Assembly (NCBI GenBank): GCA_049510745.1
Contig: JBEKYR010000042.1
Span: 1-49,244, forward strand
Length of the DNA stretch: 49,244 nt
Direction of reading: 5' to 3'
Source of the DNA: Verrucomicrobiota bacterium
Lineage (GTDB): Bacteria > Verrucomicrobiota > Verrucomicrobiia > Limisphaerales > Palsa-1400
The notes below the pieces were generated by a model. That model did no database searches. It saw only the letters and a program-made list of their open reading frames with translations, and had not been told where the DNA came from. Shown piece after piece: positions 18,297 through 29,234 of this stretch (its first letter is position 1; each line of letters begins with the position of its first letter). A program made the translations under genes and the position numbers.

Positions 18297-19172
18297 ATGA
18301 ATATTACGAACGCCTCTTCTGGAAAATGGCGGAGCGGGTTCCTTGCGCGAACCGCTTTCACGCTGATTGAATTGCTGGTGGTGATCGCCATTATTGCCAT
18401 TCTGGCGGCGCTGTTGCTTCCAGTGCTCTCCAGGGCCAAGGACCAGGGAAGACAGACGACCTGTCTGGCCAATAAGAAGCAAATGCAGTTGGCATGGCAA
18501 ATGTACGCTGACGATTCTCAAACGGTCATGGTGCTCAACGCCCCGCTTACGGTTTCGGACAAATACGGTGACACTTGGATCCCCGGCCAGGGCGAGTCTT
18601 GGGCAGCCGTGGACGTCAACACGAATGTTTCAATTTACGATCAGTGTCTTCTCGCCCCCTATCTTATCAAGCAAATCAACGTCTATAAATGTCCGGGTGA
18701 CACCATCCCGTCGGCCAATGGCGACAGGCTGCGCTCGGTTTCCATGAACGGTCAAATGGGATGGCAGTATATGCAGGCACACGGCATTGAAAATTTTGGC
18801 GCGCCACTTCGCTGTTACATTAAGACTTCAGACCTTTCCTGCCCTTCACCGGCTAGGGCCTATATTTTTGCGGATGAAACCATGTACACATTGGACGATG
18901 GCTACATGCAGATTTCAGGACCCTTGCCGGGGGGCAACGGACCGGCCTTCCCGAACGCCCCGGCCCATTACCACTGTGGAAGCGCAACTTTTTCGTTCGC
19001 CGATGGCCACTCGGAGGCTCATGCCTGGAGAGGGCCGGTTCTTCCAAAGATGCCATACGCTTTCGGTCTCACAGGGGGTGGCGGATGGGAAGACACAACG
19101 TCAACAGACCCAGACTGGATATGGTTTAGCCCCCGTACCGGTTGCATCACCAATGCTGCTGCCGGAATGTAG
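18297..19172 (+). CDS. Prepilin-type N-terminal cleavage/methylation protein with H-X9-DG domain
   Basis: [23 protein letters not shown] and [13 protein letters not shown]. Confidence 0.9.
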   Translation: MNITNASSGKWRSGFLARTAFTLIELLVVIAIIAILAALLLPVLSRAKDQGRQTTCLANKKQMQLAWQMYADDSQTVMVLNAPLTVSDKYGDTWIPGQGESWAAVDVNTNVSIYDQCLLAPYLIKQINVYKCPGDTIPSANGDRLRSVSMNGQMGWQYMQAHGIENFGAPLRCYIKTSDLSCPSPARAYIFADETMYTLDDGYMQISGPLPGGNGPAFPNAPAHYHCGSATFSFADGHSEAHAWRGPVLPKMPYAFGLTGGGGWEDTTSTDPDWIWFSPRTGCITNAAAGM

Positions 19173-19251
19173 TATGCTCGACGGATTGAACCGTACGACA
19201 CAAAGCCTACGGCAGACTGGAATTGAAATGGTGTCTGGTTGATGAAGGAGG

Positions 19252-19980
19252 TTGCCCCTTACGAAACCTGCCATTCGAAAAGCGTTCACGCTGATTGAAC
19301 TGCTCGTGGTCATCGCCATTATCAGCATTTTGGCGGCGATGCTCCTCCCGGCTCTCACTTCCGCCAAGGAAAATGCGCATCGGGCCGCCTGCAAGAGCAA
19401 TATGCGCCAGGCCATCCTCGCCATCCTCATGTATGCCGATGATAACCGCCAGAATCTCCCCCCTTGCCGCGACAATGACGATCAATCCCACCTCATCCGC
19501 ATTGCCAACGCAGCCTTTACCAATATCGTCTTTTATTCCGGCAACTCGAATATCCTGGTGTGCCCCAATTTCCGCTTCGGCAGCTTCGATCCTTTCAACG
19601 CCACGTGGGGCTATCTCATCGGTTACAACTACTGTGGCGATGTCAATACCAATGGTTGGAGTTACGCCAGCCCCTACGCCTGGTGGTCCCCCGTCAAGGC
19701 AACCGAAAAAGGCACCAATGTCATTCTGACTGATTGTAATATGTTTGGCGACGGTCTGGTCATCGTCACTCACCGCAAGAACGGCGGCCTATACGACCCT
19801 TCCTTGCATCAGGGGTCATCCATCGTGGAGAGTTTGCCCTTCGTGAACGAGACACCCACTCAACTCGGAACCGAAGGGGGCAACGTCGGCCATCTCGATG
19901 GCTCGGTCATCTGGACGCCCATCAAGCAGATGAAACAGCGCTACGCCTCCTCCTACATCGCCTATTATGCCGATTGGTAG
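19252..19980 (+). CDS. Prepilin-type N-terminal cleavage/methylation protein (H-X9-DG variant)
   Basis: [23 protein letters not shown] and [14 protein letters not shown] start. Confidence 0.88.
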   Translation: MPLTKPAIRKAFTLIELLVVIAIISILAAMLLPALTSAKENAHRAACKSNMRQAILAILMYADDNRQNLPPCRDNDDQSHLIRIANAAFTNIVFYSGNSNILVCPNFRFGSFDPFNATWGYLIGYNYCGDVNTNGWSYASPYAWWSPVKATEKGTNVILTDCNMFGDGLVIVTHRKNGGLYDPSLHQGSSIVESLPFVNETPTQLGTEGGNVGHLDGSVIWTPIKQMKQRYASSYIAYYADW

Positions 19981-20959
19981 CGTGACAGCGTCGCCCCACG
20001 CCGGACCGTTTTGTTCCCCTTTCAGGAGGGATCGTGGGGGAGTTCCTTTGGGCTTCACGTTGATCGAACTGCTGGTGGTCATCGCTGTCATCGCCATCCT
20101 TGCGGCCTTGCTGCTTCCGGCCTTGGCCAGGGCCAAGGACAGCGGGCTGGGGGCGTCCTGTCTGAGCAACACCCATCAGATCGGCCTCGGCGTTCTCATG
20201 TATGCCGATGACAACAAACAGTTTTTCCCGGATCCAGGTCCCCCAAGTCACCCGGTGTGGTGGACGGCAGGGCCTTTTAAAAATCGCCTGGGACAGACTT
20301 GCGGAGGGGAATGGCTCTTATCAGACCAGATCACACCCAATACCCCGGCCCCCATGGTGCAACCTTATCTCAAAAACCCACTCGGCTGGGTTTGCCCCAA
20401 GCGGCGCCGAGGCATGACGTTCACCACTGCGCCCGGGAGCTTTGATCCGAGTCTCACGGGATTTCTTTCCTACGGATTCAATGAAATCGGCTGCTTTTGC
20501 CTTGCCAATACCACCGGAGGCATGCAATCGCCCACACCGCCTTTCAAGCTCACCCTGGCGGGTCACCCGGCGCAACTGCTCTGCATCTCGGAGGTCAGCG
20601 GTTCAAATAACCCCGGCGATTGCGACGGCAACCCCGGCCCCGGCAGCGGCGATCCCGGCAACGCCGATTGCGGCGACGCCGCCTGGCTGGATGATATTTG
20701 GGGAGCCAACTCGGGCGAGCTGTTTCCCGTGGACTCGTTCAACGGCCGCCTTCAGACGGCTTATGCAAAACATAATAATAGGGTGAACGTTCTCTATGTG
20801 GACGGTCATGCCCAGTCAACTTTGGCAAGCAGGCTCACTTGGGGCGTCTTCTGGGGAGTGTACGGCCCCGCGTCCCCTATGCCTCCGGGTCAGACATGGA
20901 ACGGCTCGATCAGCAGGCCGAAGTATGATTCGCAAGTATGGTCCAACCGGCCGGAATAG
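19967..20959 (+). CDS. Prepilin-type N-terminal cleavage/methylation protein with H-X9-DG domain
   Basis: [23 protein letters not shown] and [13 protein letters not shown]. The start is approximate. Confidence 0.88.
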   Translation: MPIGSVTASPHAGPFCSPFRRDRGGVPLGFTLIELLVVIAVIAILAALLLPALARAKDSGLGASCLSNTHQIGLGVLMYADDNKQFFPDPGPPSHPVWWTAGPFKNRLGQTCGGEWLLSDQITPNTPAPMVQPYLKNPLGWVCPKRRRGMTFTTAPGSFDPSLTGFLSYGFNEIGCFCLANTTGGMQSPTPPFKLTLAGHPAQLLCISEVSGSNNPGDCDGNPGPGSGDPGNADCGDAAWLDDIWGANSGELFPVDSFNGRLQTAYAKHNNRVNVLYVDGHAQSTLASRLTWGVFWGVYGPASPMPPGQTWNGSISRPKYDSQVWSNRPE

Positions 20960-21081
20960 CGCGCATGATGCCTGCTCAGTGCGCCTCCGCCGGGGTTGGC
21001 CCCAATTGATGGTTCCGCCGCGTGCTTCAATTCCGCGTCATAAAACGCCGCTTGTCCCTGTATGATGCCAATTAAATGTCC

Positions 21082-21957
21082 CTAAAACGGGACGACGGTG
21101 TACTCGGATTCGTCGGTGCCGATGGCCCAAAGAGCCGGGTATTGGGCTTGCGGCACCCACCCCGCATGGCCGTCGCAATAAATGAAGTTGCCGCCCGCAG
21201 CCCCGTGGTTGTCGATCCAATCCGGGTAATTGTCGTTGGAATACTTGCCATTGTAATAGATTTGGTCGTCGCCGTCGTACATGATGAACATCTTGGAGAG
21301 GGAGGCGCGCTGTCCATAGACGTTGCAGAACACCCGGCGGCCATTGACGTTGTAAGTGGCGGAGGCCTCAGTCTGATAGCGGTAGCCGACGATCACCTTT
21401 TGCGTTTTGCGGATGTTGTACCCCGGCCCGACATTCGGGGTGCTGCCGTTGAGGAAACCCGACACCTCATAACTGGTGCCATGTCCCCTTTTGGGGAGGA
21501 CAACATAATTGGGGTCGTCTTCGGCAATGCGCTGCAAATCCAGGATGATGGTGGGATTGCCGTGCAACCGATCGGCGTACGAAACCCCGCTGTCGTTGCG
21601 GCTGTAAAAGGGCTGGTTATTGCCCAGGGGAATCGGCGCATTGGAAATGATGTCCTGGGTGTTCGGGCAAATGAAAATGTTGAGGCTGCGGACATAAGCC
21701 GGATAAAGCCAGTTCAGGTCGTCGTCGGCGTAATTGTCCGTGCCGGCCAGCGCCCCTTGCGGGTCGTCGTCGGCATAAAGCTGGCTGCCGACGCCCATCT
21801 CCTTTTCGTTGTTCAGGCAATAGGTTCGTTTGCTTTGGTCTTTGGCGCGAGCCAGGGCGGGCAGGAGCAACCCGGCCACAATCGCGATGACGGCAATGAC
21901 GACCAGCAACTCAATCAGCGTAAAGGCTGATCTTCGGTGAGGACATACTGTTTTCAT
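21082..21957 (-). CDS. Prepilin-type N-terminal cleavage/methylation protein with H-X9-DG-like domain
   Basis: [23 protein letters not shown] and NHGAAGGNFIYCDGH. Confidence 0.9.
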   Translation of the reverse strand: MKTVCPHRRSAFTLIELLVVIAVIAIVAGLLLPALARAKDQSKRTYCLNNEKEMGVGSQLYADDDPQGALAGTDNYADDDLNWLYPAYVRSLNIFICPNTQDIISNAPIPLGNNQPFYSRNDSGVSYADRLHGNPTIILDLQRIAEDDPNYVVLPKRGHGTSYEVSGFLNGSTPNVGPGYNIRKTQKVIVGYRYQTEASATYNVNGRRVFCNVYGQRASLSKMFIMYDGDDQIYYNGKYSNDNYPDWIDNHGAAGGNFIYCDGHAGWVPQAQYPALWAIGTDESEYTVVPF

Positions 21958-22105
21958 TCCGGCGCAAGCCGAATAAGCACGGCCCGCAACCGTGGAACGA
22001 TAAACCGTACCCGGCTAAATTGCCAGCAAAAAGACCCCGGCGACCCTCCATGAACTGGCCGGCCCGGCTTGACGCGGAGCGGCGGCGGCAACACTCTTTC
22101 CCGCA

Positions 22106-23068
22106 ATGAAAGCCATTCGTGTTCACCAATTCGGCGGGCCGGAAGTCATGCAACTGAAGAATGTTCCCGACCCCAGCCCCGGCCCCACCCAAGTCGCCAT
22201 TCACACGCGCGCCATTGGCGTCAATCCCGTCGAAACCTACCTCCGCTCAGGCGCCAACCCCAACCTTCCCCTCCCTTACACCCCCGGAACCGATGCCGCC
22301 GGTGAAGTGGCGGCGGTGGGCGCGTTGGCGCCCCACCTGCAAGCCGGAGCGCGCGTCTATACCAGCGGCAGCGTCACGGGAACCTATTCGAGCCTTACCG
22401 TCTGCGAGGCGGCGGACGTTCATCCGCTGCCGGAAAAAACTTCCTTCGCCGAGGGCGCCGCCCTGAACATTCCCTACGCCACGGCCTACCGCGCCTTGTT
22501 TCAACGGGCGCGCGCCGTGCCGGGCGAAACGGTGCTCATTCACGGCGCCAGCGGCGGTGTCGGCACGGCCGCCATCCAACTGGCCCGCGCCGCCGGGCTG
22601 CGTGTCATCGGCACCGCCGGCTCGGAGCAGGGCCGGGAGTTGGCGCTCTCTTTGGGCGCCAGCCACGTTTTGAACCATCGCCAGCCCGATTATTTGTCCG
22701 GGTTGACGAAACTGACGGAGAACCGGGGTGTGGACATCATCCTGGAAATGCTGGCCAACGTCAACCTCGGCCAGGACCTCACCATCTTGGCCAAAAATGG
22801 CCGCGTCATCGTCATTGGCAGCCGGGGCAAGGTCGAGATCAACCCCCGCGACGCGATGATGCGCGACGCCGACATCCGGGCCATGCTCCTGTTCAACGCC
22901 AGCCCCCAAGATAAAGCCGCCATCCACGCGGCGCTGCGGGCCGGTTTGGAAAATGGCACCCTCAAGCCGGTCATCAATCTGGAATTGCCGCTGGCCGAAG
23001 CGCCGCGCGCCCATCAACTGCTCCTGGAACCGGGCGCGCGCGGGAAAATTATTTTGTTGCCGCCTTAA
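22106..23068 (+). CDS. qor: NADPH:quinone reductase (zeta-crystallin/MDR family)
   Basis: MKAIRVHQFGGPEV, IGVNPVE, PYATAYRAL and VLIHGASGGVG. Confidence 0.88.
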   Translation: MKAIRVHQFGGPEVMQLKNVPDPSPGPTQVAIHTRAIGVNPVETYLRSGANPNLPLPYTPGTDAAGEVAAVGALAPHLQAGARVYTSGSVTGTYSSLTVCEAADVHPLPEKTSFAEGAALNIPYATAYRALFQRARAVPGETVLIHGASGGVGTAAIQLARAAGLRVIGTAGSEQGRELALSLGASHVLNHRQPDYLSGLTKLTENRGVDIILEMLANVNLGQDLTILAKNGRVIVIGSRGKVEINPRDAMMRDADIRAMLLFNASPQDKAAIHAALRAGLENGTLKPVINLELPLAEAPRAHQLLLEPGARGKIILLPP

Positions 23069-23164
23069 TTGACCGCTGGAGGCAATGGGTTCCGGGGTAT
23101 GCGGCATCGCTCAGGCTTAAAACCTTTCGCCGGTTCTTTCAGCCTGTCAGGGAGTCTCAACTTT

Positions 23165-23809
23165 TCACGCTTTGCGAAACTTGCGCACGACCTCGATGAA
23201 CTCCCTGGCCAGGCGCGTAATTTCCCCCCAGTTTTGCTCGCGCAGAAGTTTGGGCGACACCAGGTTCGAGCCGACTCCCAGGGCCACGCAACCCGCCGCC
23301 AGAAACTCCGGCGCGCTTTGCAGGGTCACGCCGCTGGTCGGGATGATTTTCAAATGCGGCAGCGGCGCGCGCATCGCCTTGATGTAGGCGGGGCCTTCCG
23401 CCGGAAAAATTTTGACGAAGTCCGCCCCCGCTTCGTAAGCCAGTTGCGCCTCTGTTGGCGTAAAGGCGCCCAGCACGACCACCCGGCCGGCCACTTTTGC
23501 AGGCTCGACGATTTCCGGCCGCATGATGGGGGTGACAACAAAAGTGGCGCCGGCGTCGATCGCCGCGCGGCACATGTACGGCGTGGTCACCGAACCCACG
23601 CCCGTAATGGCGCGGGCGGCGAAGTGCCGGGACGCCTGGCGGATGCACTCCAGCGCGTTGGGGGTGGTCATGGTGATTTCCAGGGCGGTGATGCCGCCGG
23701 CGACCAGCGCCTCGCACACCGGCAGGACTTGGTCCTCCTTCTCGGCACGAATGACGGGAATGATCCCCGGATCGAGCAACCGGGCGACGATTTCGGAATG
23801 CGATGTCAC
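23165..23809 (-). CDS. eda: KDPG/KHG aldolase
   Basis: IIPVIR, GGITALEITMTTP, GAFTPTE, VKIFPA and PLPHLKIIPTSGV. Confidence 0.92.
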   Translation of the reverse strand: MTSHSEIVARLLDPGIIPVIRAEKEDQVLPVCEALVAGGITALEITMTTPNALECIRQASRHFAARAITGVGSVTTPYMCRAAIDAGATFVVTPIMRPEIVEPAKVAGRVVVLGAFTPTEAQLAYEAGADFVKIFPAEGPAYIKAMRAPLPHLKIIPTSGVTLQSAPEFLAAGCVALGVGSNLVSPKLLREQNWGEITRLAREFIEVVRKFRKA

Positions 23810-24160
23810 GAAGAAAGAATAGTGTGGTGATGCCTTGCGACAAGTCTAAAAGGCCCGGCTGTGAATAACTTTTTATTGACCGGATGCCGCTTTTTTGCGA
23901 TTCTTTTCACAGCAGAGCAACGAGTAACGGTCCAAATAGCGGCGTCCGAGATCTAGTTGGCCGCGGCGTCAGGACGAAGCCTGGCTTCAGAATCCGGGAA
24001 ACCGGAGCGCCCGATCTCATTTTGCCGTTGCTCTGCGCTTTTCGTTGCGCCCCCCTTTTGGAAGAGATTTCATATTGTGCTGAATTCTCTTGCCCCGCCC
24101 CGGTGCTTCCGTATCTTTAGGGGCGCTAATGGGATGAGGGTAAAATCGAAAACAAAATTT

Positions 24161-25078
24161 ATGAATACAGCTCGAGTCAAAGAAATACTAAGTTGGTACG
24201 GCAGTGACAACCCCGGAACGTTGACCAATCTGGCCAAGCTCCTCAACCACGGCAAACTGGCCGGCACGGGCCGCCTGGTCATCCTTCCGGTCGATCAGGG
24301 CTTCGAACACGGCCCCGCCCGCAGTTTCGCCGTCAACCCGCCCGGGTACGATCCCCGCTACCATTTCGAGCTGGCCATCGCCTCCGGCTGCAACGCCTAT
24401 GCCGCGCCCCTGGGTTTCATTGAAGCGGCCGCGCGGGATTTCGCGGGCGACCTTCCGCTCATTCTCAAGATCAACAATCACGACGTGTTGCTGGACGAGA
24501 AGGACCCAATGCCGGCGCTGACCAGCGGCGTGGAAGACGCCCTCCGCCTGGGTTGCGCGGCCATTGGGTTCACCATTTATCCCGGCTCCTCCGCGCGGGT
24601 GAGAATGTACGAGCAACTGCGCGAGGCCGCCGCGCTGGCCAAGAAAAACGGCCTGGCGGTGGTCGTCTGGTCGTATCCGCGCGGTTCCTCGTTGAGCAAG
24701 GAAGGCGAGACGGCCATGGACGTGTGCGGTTACGCCGCGCACATCGCGGCGGAATTGGGCGCCCACATCATCAAAGTGAAACTGCCCAGCGCGCATCTCG
24801 AGCAGGACGCGGCGCGCAAAGTCTATGAAAAGGAAAAAGTGCCCATCGGCACCCTGGCCGAGCGGGTCAAACACGTCGTGCAATGCACTTTCAACGGGCG
24901 GCGCATCGTGATTTTCTCCGGCGGCCCGGCCAGCAGCGACGAGACGGTGTTCGCGGAAGTCACGGCCATCCGCCAGGGCGGCGGCTTTGGTTCGATCATC
25001 GGCCGCAATTCCTTCCAGCGCAAGAAAGAGGCCGCGCTGCAATTCCTGGCCAAGATCATTGCCATTTACGCCAGTTAA
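24161..25078 (+). CDS. fbaB: Class I fructose-bisphosphate aldolase (DhnA/FbaB family)
   Basis: ILPVDQGFEHGP, IGFTIYPGS, VVWSYPRG, IIKVK, FSGG and GSIIGRNSFQR. Confidence 0.92.
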   Translation: MNTARVKEILSWYGSDNPGTLTNLAKLLNHGKLAGTGRLVILPVDQGFEHGPARSFAVNPPGYDPRYHFELAIASGCNAYAAPLGFIEAAARDFAGDLPLILKINNHDVLLDEKDPMPALTSGVEDALRLGCAAIGFTIYPGSSARVRMYEQLREAAALAKKNGLAVVVWSYPRGSSLSKEGETAMDVCGYAAHIAAELGAHIIKVKLPSAHLEQDAARKVYEKEKVPIGTLAERVKHVVQCTFNGRRIVIFSGGPASSDETVFAEVTAIRQGGGFGSIIGRNSFQRKKEAALQFLAKIIAIYAS

Positions 25079-25126
25079 ACGATGGCAGTTGACAGATGCG
25101 CCCGGTGAGCGTCTTTTGTCAGTGCC

Positions 25127-26662
25127 ATGAACAATAAAGTCCCGGTCAATGCTCCAGCGGATCCGCCTGCCCGCAAGGCCGATCCGTGTGTGATGGTCAT
25201 TTTTGGGGCCAGCGGCGATTTGACCAAGCGCAAGCTCTTCCCCGCCCTCTTGAACCTGGTGGCGGCCAAGCTCCTGCCCGAACAATTCGCCATCATCGGC
25301 TTTTCCAATATCGACCAGACCACCGAGAGCTTCCGCCAGTACCTGACCGACGAGGTCAAGAATTACGCCAGTTGCCCGGTCACGCCGGAGATGTGGGATT
25401 GGATCCTCAAACGCGTCTATTATCTCCGCGGGGATTTTCAGGACCCGAAAGCCTTTGAGCAACTCAAGGCGCAAATCGTCCAGGTCGAGAAAACCCACAA
25501 TGTGCCGCCCAACCATTTCTATTATCTGGCGGTCGCGCCGCGATTTTTCGGCGAGGTCGTGTGCCAGTTGGGCGCGGCCGGCCTGGCCGGGCAGGCCGGT
25601 GGCCGCTGGACGCGCGTCATTATCGAGAAGCCCTTTGGACGCGATCTCGATTCGGCCCGCGCCCTCAACGCCCAGATCAAACAAATCCTGGAGGAGCGGC
25701 AGATTTACCGGATCGACCATTACTTGGGCAAGGAGACGGTGCAAAACATCATGGTCTTCCGCTTCGGCAACGGCATCTTCGAACCGATCTGGAACCGCCG
25801 CTACATCGACCACGTCCAGATCACGGCCGGCGAAACGGTCGGAGTCGAAAAACGCGGCGGCTATTACGAAACGGCGGGGGCGCTGCGCGACATGGTCCCC
25901 AACCACCTCTTCCAATTGGTCTCGCTCACCGCGATGGAGCCGCCCATTTCCTTCCAGGCCGACGCCGTGCGCGACGAACAGGCCAAGGCGCTGCACGCCG
26001 TCCAAATCCCCTCGCCGGAAGAGGTGCTGACCATGACGGTGCGGGGCCAGTACGGCGAGGGCCAGATCGCCGACGCCCACGTGGCGGCCTATCGCGCCGA
26101 GCCGGGCGTCGCCCCCGACTCGACCACCGAAACGTTCGCGGGACTCAAGCTGCGCATCGACAATTGGCGCTGGGCAGACGTGCCGTTTTACTTGCGCACG
26201 GGCAAGCGGCTGGCCGGCAGGGCGACCGAAATTGCCATTCAGTTTAAGCGGGCGCCGTTCCAGTTGTTTCGCGACACCCCGGTGGAGAACCTCGAAGCCA
26301 ACCGGCTGGTGCTGTCCATCCAGCCGGAAGAGGGGCTGTCCCTGCGATTCGGCGCCAAGATCCCCGGCCCGATCATGCACATGGGCGCTGTCGAGATGAA
26401 ATTTAACTACGTCGATTATTTTGGGCGCATGCCCAGCACCGGTTACGAACGGCTCATTTATGATTGCATGACCGGCGACGCCACCCTCTTCCAGCGGGCC
26501 GACATGGTCGAGGCGGGCTGGAGCGTGATCACGCCCATCCTTGACGTGTGGAAGGCCCTGCCGCCCCGCAGCTTCCCCAATTACAGGTCCGGCTCGTGGG
26601 GACCCAAGGAGGCGGACGATTTGCTGGCGCGGGACGGGCGGGCTTGGAGACGGATCGAGTGA
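25127..26662 (+). CDS. zwf: Glucose-6-phosphate 1-dehydrogenase
   Basis: [34 protein letters not shown] and [16 protein letters not shown]. Confidence 0.97.
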   Translation: MNNKVPVNAPADPPARKADPCVMVIFGASGDLTKRKLFPALLNLVAAKLLPEQFAIIGFSNIDQTTESFRQYLTDEVKNYASCPVTPEMWDWILKRVYYLRGDFQDPKAFEQLKAQIVQVEKTHNVPPNHFYYLAVAPRFFGEVVCQLGAAGLAGQAGGRWTRVIIEKPFGRDLDSARALNAQIKQILEERQIYRIDHYLGKETVQNIMVFRFGNGIFEPIWNRRYIDHVQITAGETVGVEKRGGYYETAGALRDMVPNHLFQLVSLTAMEPPISFQADAVRDEQAKALHAVQIPSPEEVLTMTVRGQYGEGQIADAHVAAYRAEPGVAPDSTTETFAGLKLRIDNWRWADVPFYLRTGKRLAGRATEIAIQFKRAPFQLFRDTPVENLEANRLVLSIQPEEGLSLRFGAKIPGPIMHMGAVEMKFNYVDYFGRMPSTGYERLIYDCMTGDATLFQRADMVEAGWSVITPILDVWKALPPRSFPNYRSGSWGPKEADDLLARDGRAWRRIE

Positions 26663-27396
26663 AGAGCGGCCGCCGCAACACCCCCGGGACGAAGCCGGTC
26701 GTGTTTCTATTTGACGTGGACAACACGCTGCTCAACAACGACCGCGTCACCCAGGATTTGCAGGAGCACCTGGAGCGCGAGGTGGGCCGGGCCGGCGCCC
26801 GCCGCTACTGGGCGATCTTCGAGGACTTGCGCGCCGCTCTCGGTTACGCCGATTATCTGGGCGCCTTGCAGCGCTACCGCGTCGAATACCCCCACGACCT
26901 GCGGCTCCTGATTGTTTCGCAATTTCTGATCAACTACCCCTTCGCCACCAGGCTCTACCCTGACTCGCTGGACGTGCTCGAGAAGGCCAAAGCCTGGGGC
27001 ACGACCGTCCTGCTGACGGATGGCGACGTGGTTTTCCAGCCGCGCAAAGTGGACTGCTCAGGCTTGCGCCAGGCGGTCGCCGGCCGCGTGCTGTGTTACG
27101 TCCATAAAGAGCGCGAATTGGCGGACGTGGCCCGCCGTTTTCCGTCCCGGCATTACGTGGTGGTGGACGACAAACTGCGCCTGCTGACTGTCATAAAGAA
27201 AATCTGGGGCGCGCGCGTCACCACCGTGTTTGTCCGCCAGGGGCATTACGCGCTGGATCGGAAGTTCACCGCCGGTTGTCCGCCGGCGGACGTCACCCTC
27301 GAACGCATCGGTGATTTTCTGGGCTGCGACCTGCCCGGCCTGCTGGCCGCCGCCCGGCGGAAGGCGGGCGGGAATCCTGCTCTTAGGATAAGATGA
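26659..27396 (+). CDS. HAD-family hydrolase
   Basis: [10 protein letters not shown] (motif I), LLTDGD and VVVDDK. The GTG start overlaps the zwf stop. Confidence 0.85.
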   Translation: MKSGRRNTPGTKPVVFLFDVDNTLLNNDRVTQDLQEHLEREVGRAGARRYWAIFEDLRAALGYADYLGALQRYRVEYPHDLRLLIVSQFLINYPFATRLYPDSLDVLEKAKAWGTTVLLTDGDVVFQPRKVDCSGLRQAVAGRVLCYVHKERELADVARRFPSRHYVVVDDKLRLLTVIKKIWGARVTTVFVRQGHYALDRKFTAGCPPADVTLERIGDFLGCDLPGLLAAARRKAGGNPALRIR

Positions 27397-27420
27397 GGAG
27401 CGGCTGCCCAATGAATTGAA

Positions 27421-28098
27421 ATGCACCCAGACGCGCCCGTGCCAGTGGATCGAAGCCGGATGAACCCCGCTTACCGGGTGGGGTGGCGGTGTTTCCGGCT
27501 GCTCTTTCGCTGCTATTTTCGCTGGCGCGTCTTTAATCCCGAACGGGTGCCGCCCAGCGGGCCGGTCATTCTTGCCTCCAACCACGCCAGCTACATCGAC
27601 CCGCCTCTGGTCGGCGCGGGCGTGACGCGCCACATCAATTTTTTGGCGCGCGATTCCATTTTCCGCGTGCCCGTCCTCTCCGCCGTCTTGCGCTCCTGGG
27701 AGGTCGTGCCGGTGGACCGCGACGGCGGCACCGGGCGCGGCTTGAAGCTCATTCTGCGCCGCCTGGCGGAAGGCGGCGCCATCATTCTCTTTCCGGAAGG
27801 GACCCGCACCCGCCACGGCGATTTGAACCCGGCCCGCTCCGGGATTGGCCTGGTGGTCATCAAATCCAACGCGCCGGTGGTGCCGGTGCGCGTTTTTGGC
27901 ACGCACGAGGCCTTCGGGCCGCACATGTGGCTGCCCCGGCCGCGTCGCCTGACTGTCAAGTATGGCCTTCCCCTTTCCTTTGCCGCCCTGCGGGCCGAGG
28001 CCGCAGCCTGCTCCAAACAGCGGCTCAAAGAGATTTACCAACAGGTGGCGGACGAGATCATGGCGGAAATCACGCGCCTGGAACCACGAAAGGATTGA
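27421..28098 (+). CDS. plsC: 1-acyl-sn-glycerol-3-phosphate acyltransferase
   Basis: NHASYIDP (HX4D) and FPEGTR. The start may be ATG 27460. Confidence 0.9.
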   Translation: MHPDAPVPVDRSRMNPAYRVGWRCFRLLFRCYFRWRVFNPERVPPSGPVILASNHASYIDPPLVGAGVTRHINFLARDSIFRVPVLSAVLRSWEVVPVDRDGGTGRGLKLILRRLAEGGAIILFPEGTRTRHGDLNPARSGIGLVVIKSNAPVVPVRVFGTHEAFGPHMWLPRPRRLTVKYGLPLSFAALRAEAAACSKQRLKEIYQQVADEIMAEITRLEPRKD

Positions 28099-28099
28099 T

Positions 28100-28855
28100 A
28101 TGAAAGCTGTCATTCTGGCCGCCGGCAAGGGCACCCGCATGGGACAGTTGACCGAGCAACTGCCCAAGCCCATGCTCCGCGTCCAAGGCAAACCGATCCT
28201 GGAGCACATCCTCGAAGGCTTGCTCCAGGCGGGCGTGCGCGACTTCTTCATCGTCACCGGCTTCCGCGCCGAAGTCATCGAGGACTATTTCGGCGCGGGC
28301 GGGAAATGGAGCGCCGCCCTCCATTACGGCCGGCAACTGACCCAGGACGGCACGGGCAAGGCGCCCGAAGTCGCCAGGGAATTTGCCGGCGGAGACGATT
28401 TCGTCTTGACCTACGGCGACATCCTGGTCCGTCCGCAAACCTACCGGGACATGCTGGCCCGCTACGGGCAGGGGGCGTTTTCAGGGCTGGTCACCTGCAC
28501 CGGCAGCGAGGACGTGACCAAGGGGGGCCTTCTTTTCTTTGACAAGGACTTTTGCCTGCGGCGCCTGATCGAGAAGCCGGGCCGGGCGCAACTGGACCAA
28601 TTGCGGCGCCAGGGGGAACTCCGCCCGGGAACCGTCGCCTGGTACAACGCCGGTATCTACATTTTCAAACCGCTCTTGTTCGACTTCACTGCCCGCCTGC
28701 AAAAATCCCCGCGCGGCGAATACGAATTGACCGACGCGATCAGCGCGATGCTCGCAGCCGGCCACCGCCTGGCCGGCCTGGAAATCCAGGGCCGCTGGGT
28801 GGACGTGCGCGACCCGCAAACCCTCGCCGCCCTGGAGCGGGACAGCGCCGGCTGA
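28100..28855 (+). CDS. Sugar-phosphate nucleotidyltransferase (NTP_transferase family)
   Basis: MKAVILAAGKGTRM..LPKPM, YGDIL and SPRGEYELTDAI. Confidence 0.88.
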   Translation: MKAVILAAGKGTRMGQLTEQLPKPMLRVQGKPILEHILEGLLQAGVRDFFIVTGFRAEVIEDYFGAGGKWSAALHYGRQLTQDGTGKAPEVAREFAGGDDFVLTYGDILVRPQTYRDMLARYGQGAFSGLVTCTGSEDVTKGGLLFFDKDFCLRRLIEKPGRAQLDQLRRQGELRPGTVAWYNAGIYIFKPLLFDFTARLQKSPRGEYELTDAISAMLAAGHRLAGLEIQGRWVDVRDPQTLAALERDSAG

Positions 28856-28856
28856 G

Positions 28857-29234
28857 TTATTGTTCCCGGCTCTGCGCCAGCTCGTCCAAAAGGAGAAACT
28901 GCTGGTGGCCCGGCTCGCCGATCAACGCCACGGGACGATTCGGAAAGAGGGCAAACAACTCCTTCTCCGTAATATATTTGACCTTCGAGGTTTCCACCGC
29001 CGGCGGCGGCGCGGGGGCGGATTCCAAAGCGGCCGGGATCGCCGGCCGGAAATGCCACTGCCACACCAAAACCAATAGCGGCGCCATCATGGCCGCGACC
29101 TGAAATTGCCGCCGGCGGCGCTGGCGGCGGCGCAGGGCCTCCAATCCGCGGGCAAGCGTGGCCTGCCGGCAGGCGTTCAATTCATCGCCGCCCAGGAGTT
29201 CGTTCAAAAGCTGGTTCTTGTCCGATGTGTTCAT
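28857..29234 (-). CDS. Small single-TM protein, putative anti-sigma partner
   Basis: It is coupled to the ECF sigma stop and has an Arg run followed by a hydrophobic segment. Confidence 0.6.
   Translation of the reverse strand: MNTSDKNQLLNELLGGDELNACRQATLARGLEALRRRQRRRRQFQVAAMMAPLLVLVWQWHFRPAIPAALESAPAPPPAVETSKVKYITEKELFALFPNRPVALIGEPGHQQFLLLDELAQSREQ

Noticed and set aside
18297..21957. Diversity-generating retroelement or shufflon acting on the pilin genes
   Set aside because: There is no reverse transcriptase or recombinase, and I found no template/variable repeat pair. Similarity is confined to the N-terminal helix coding region.
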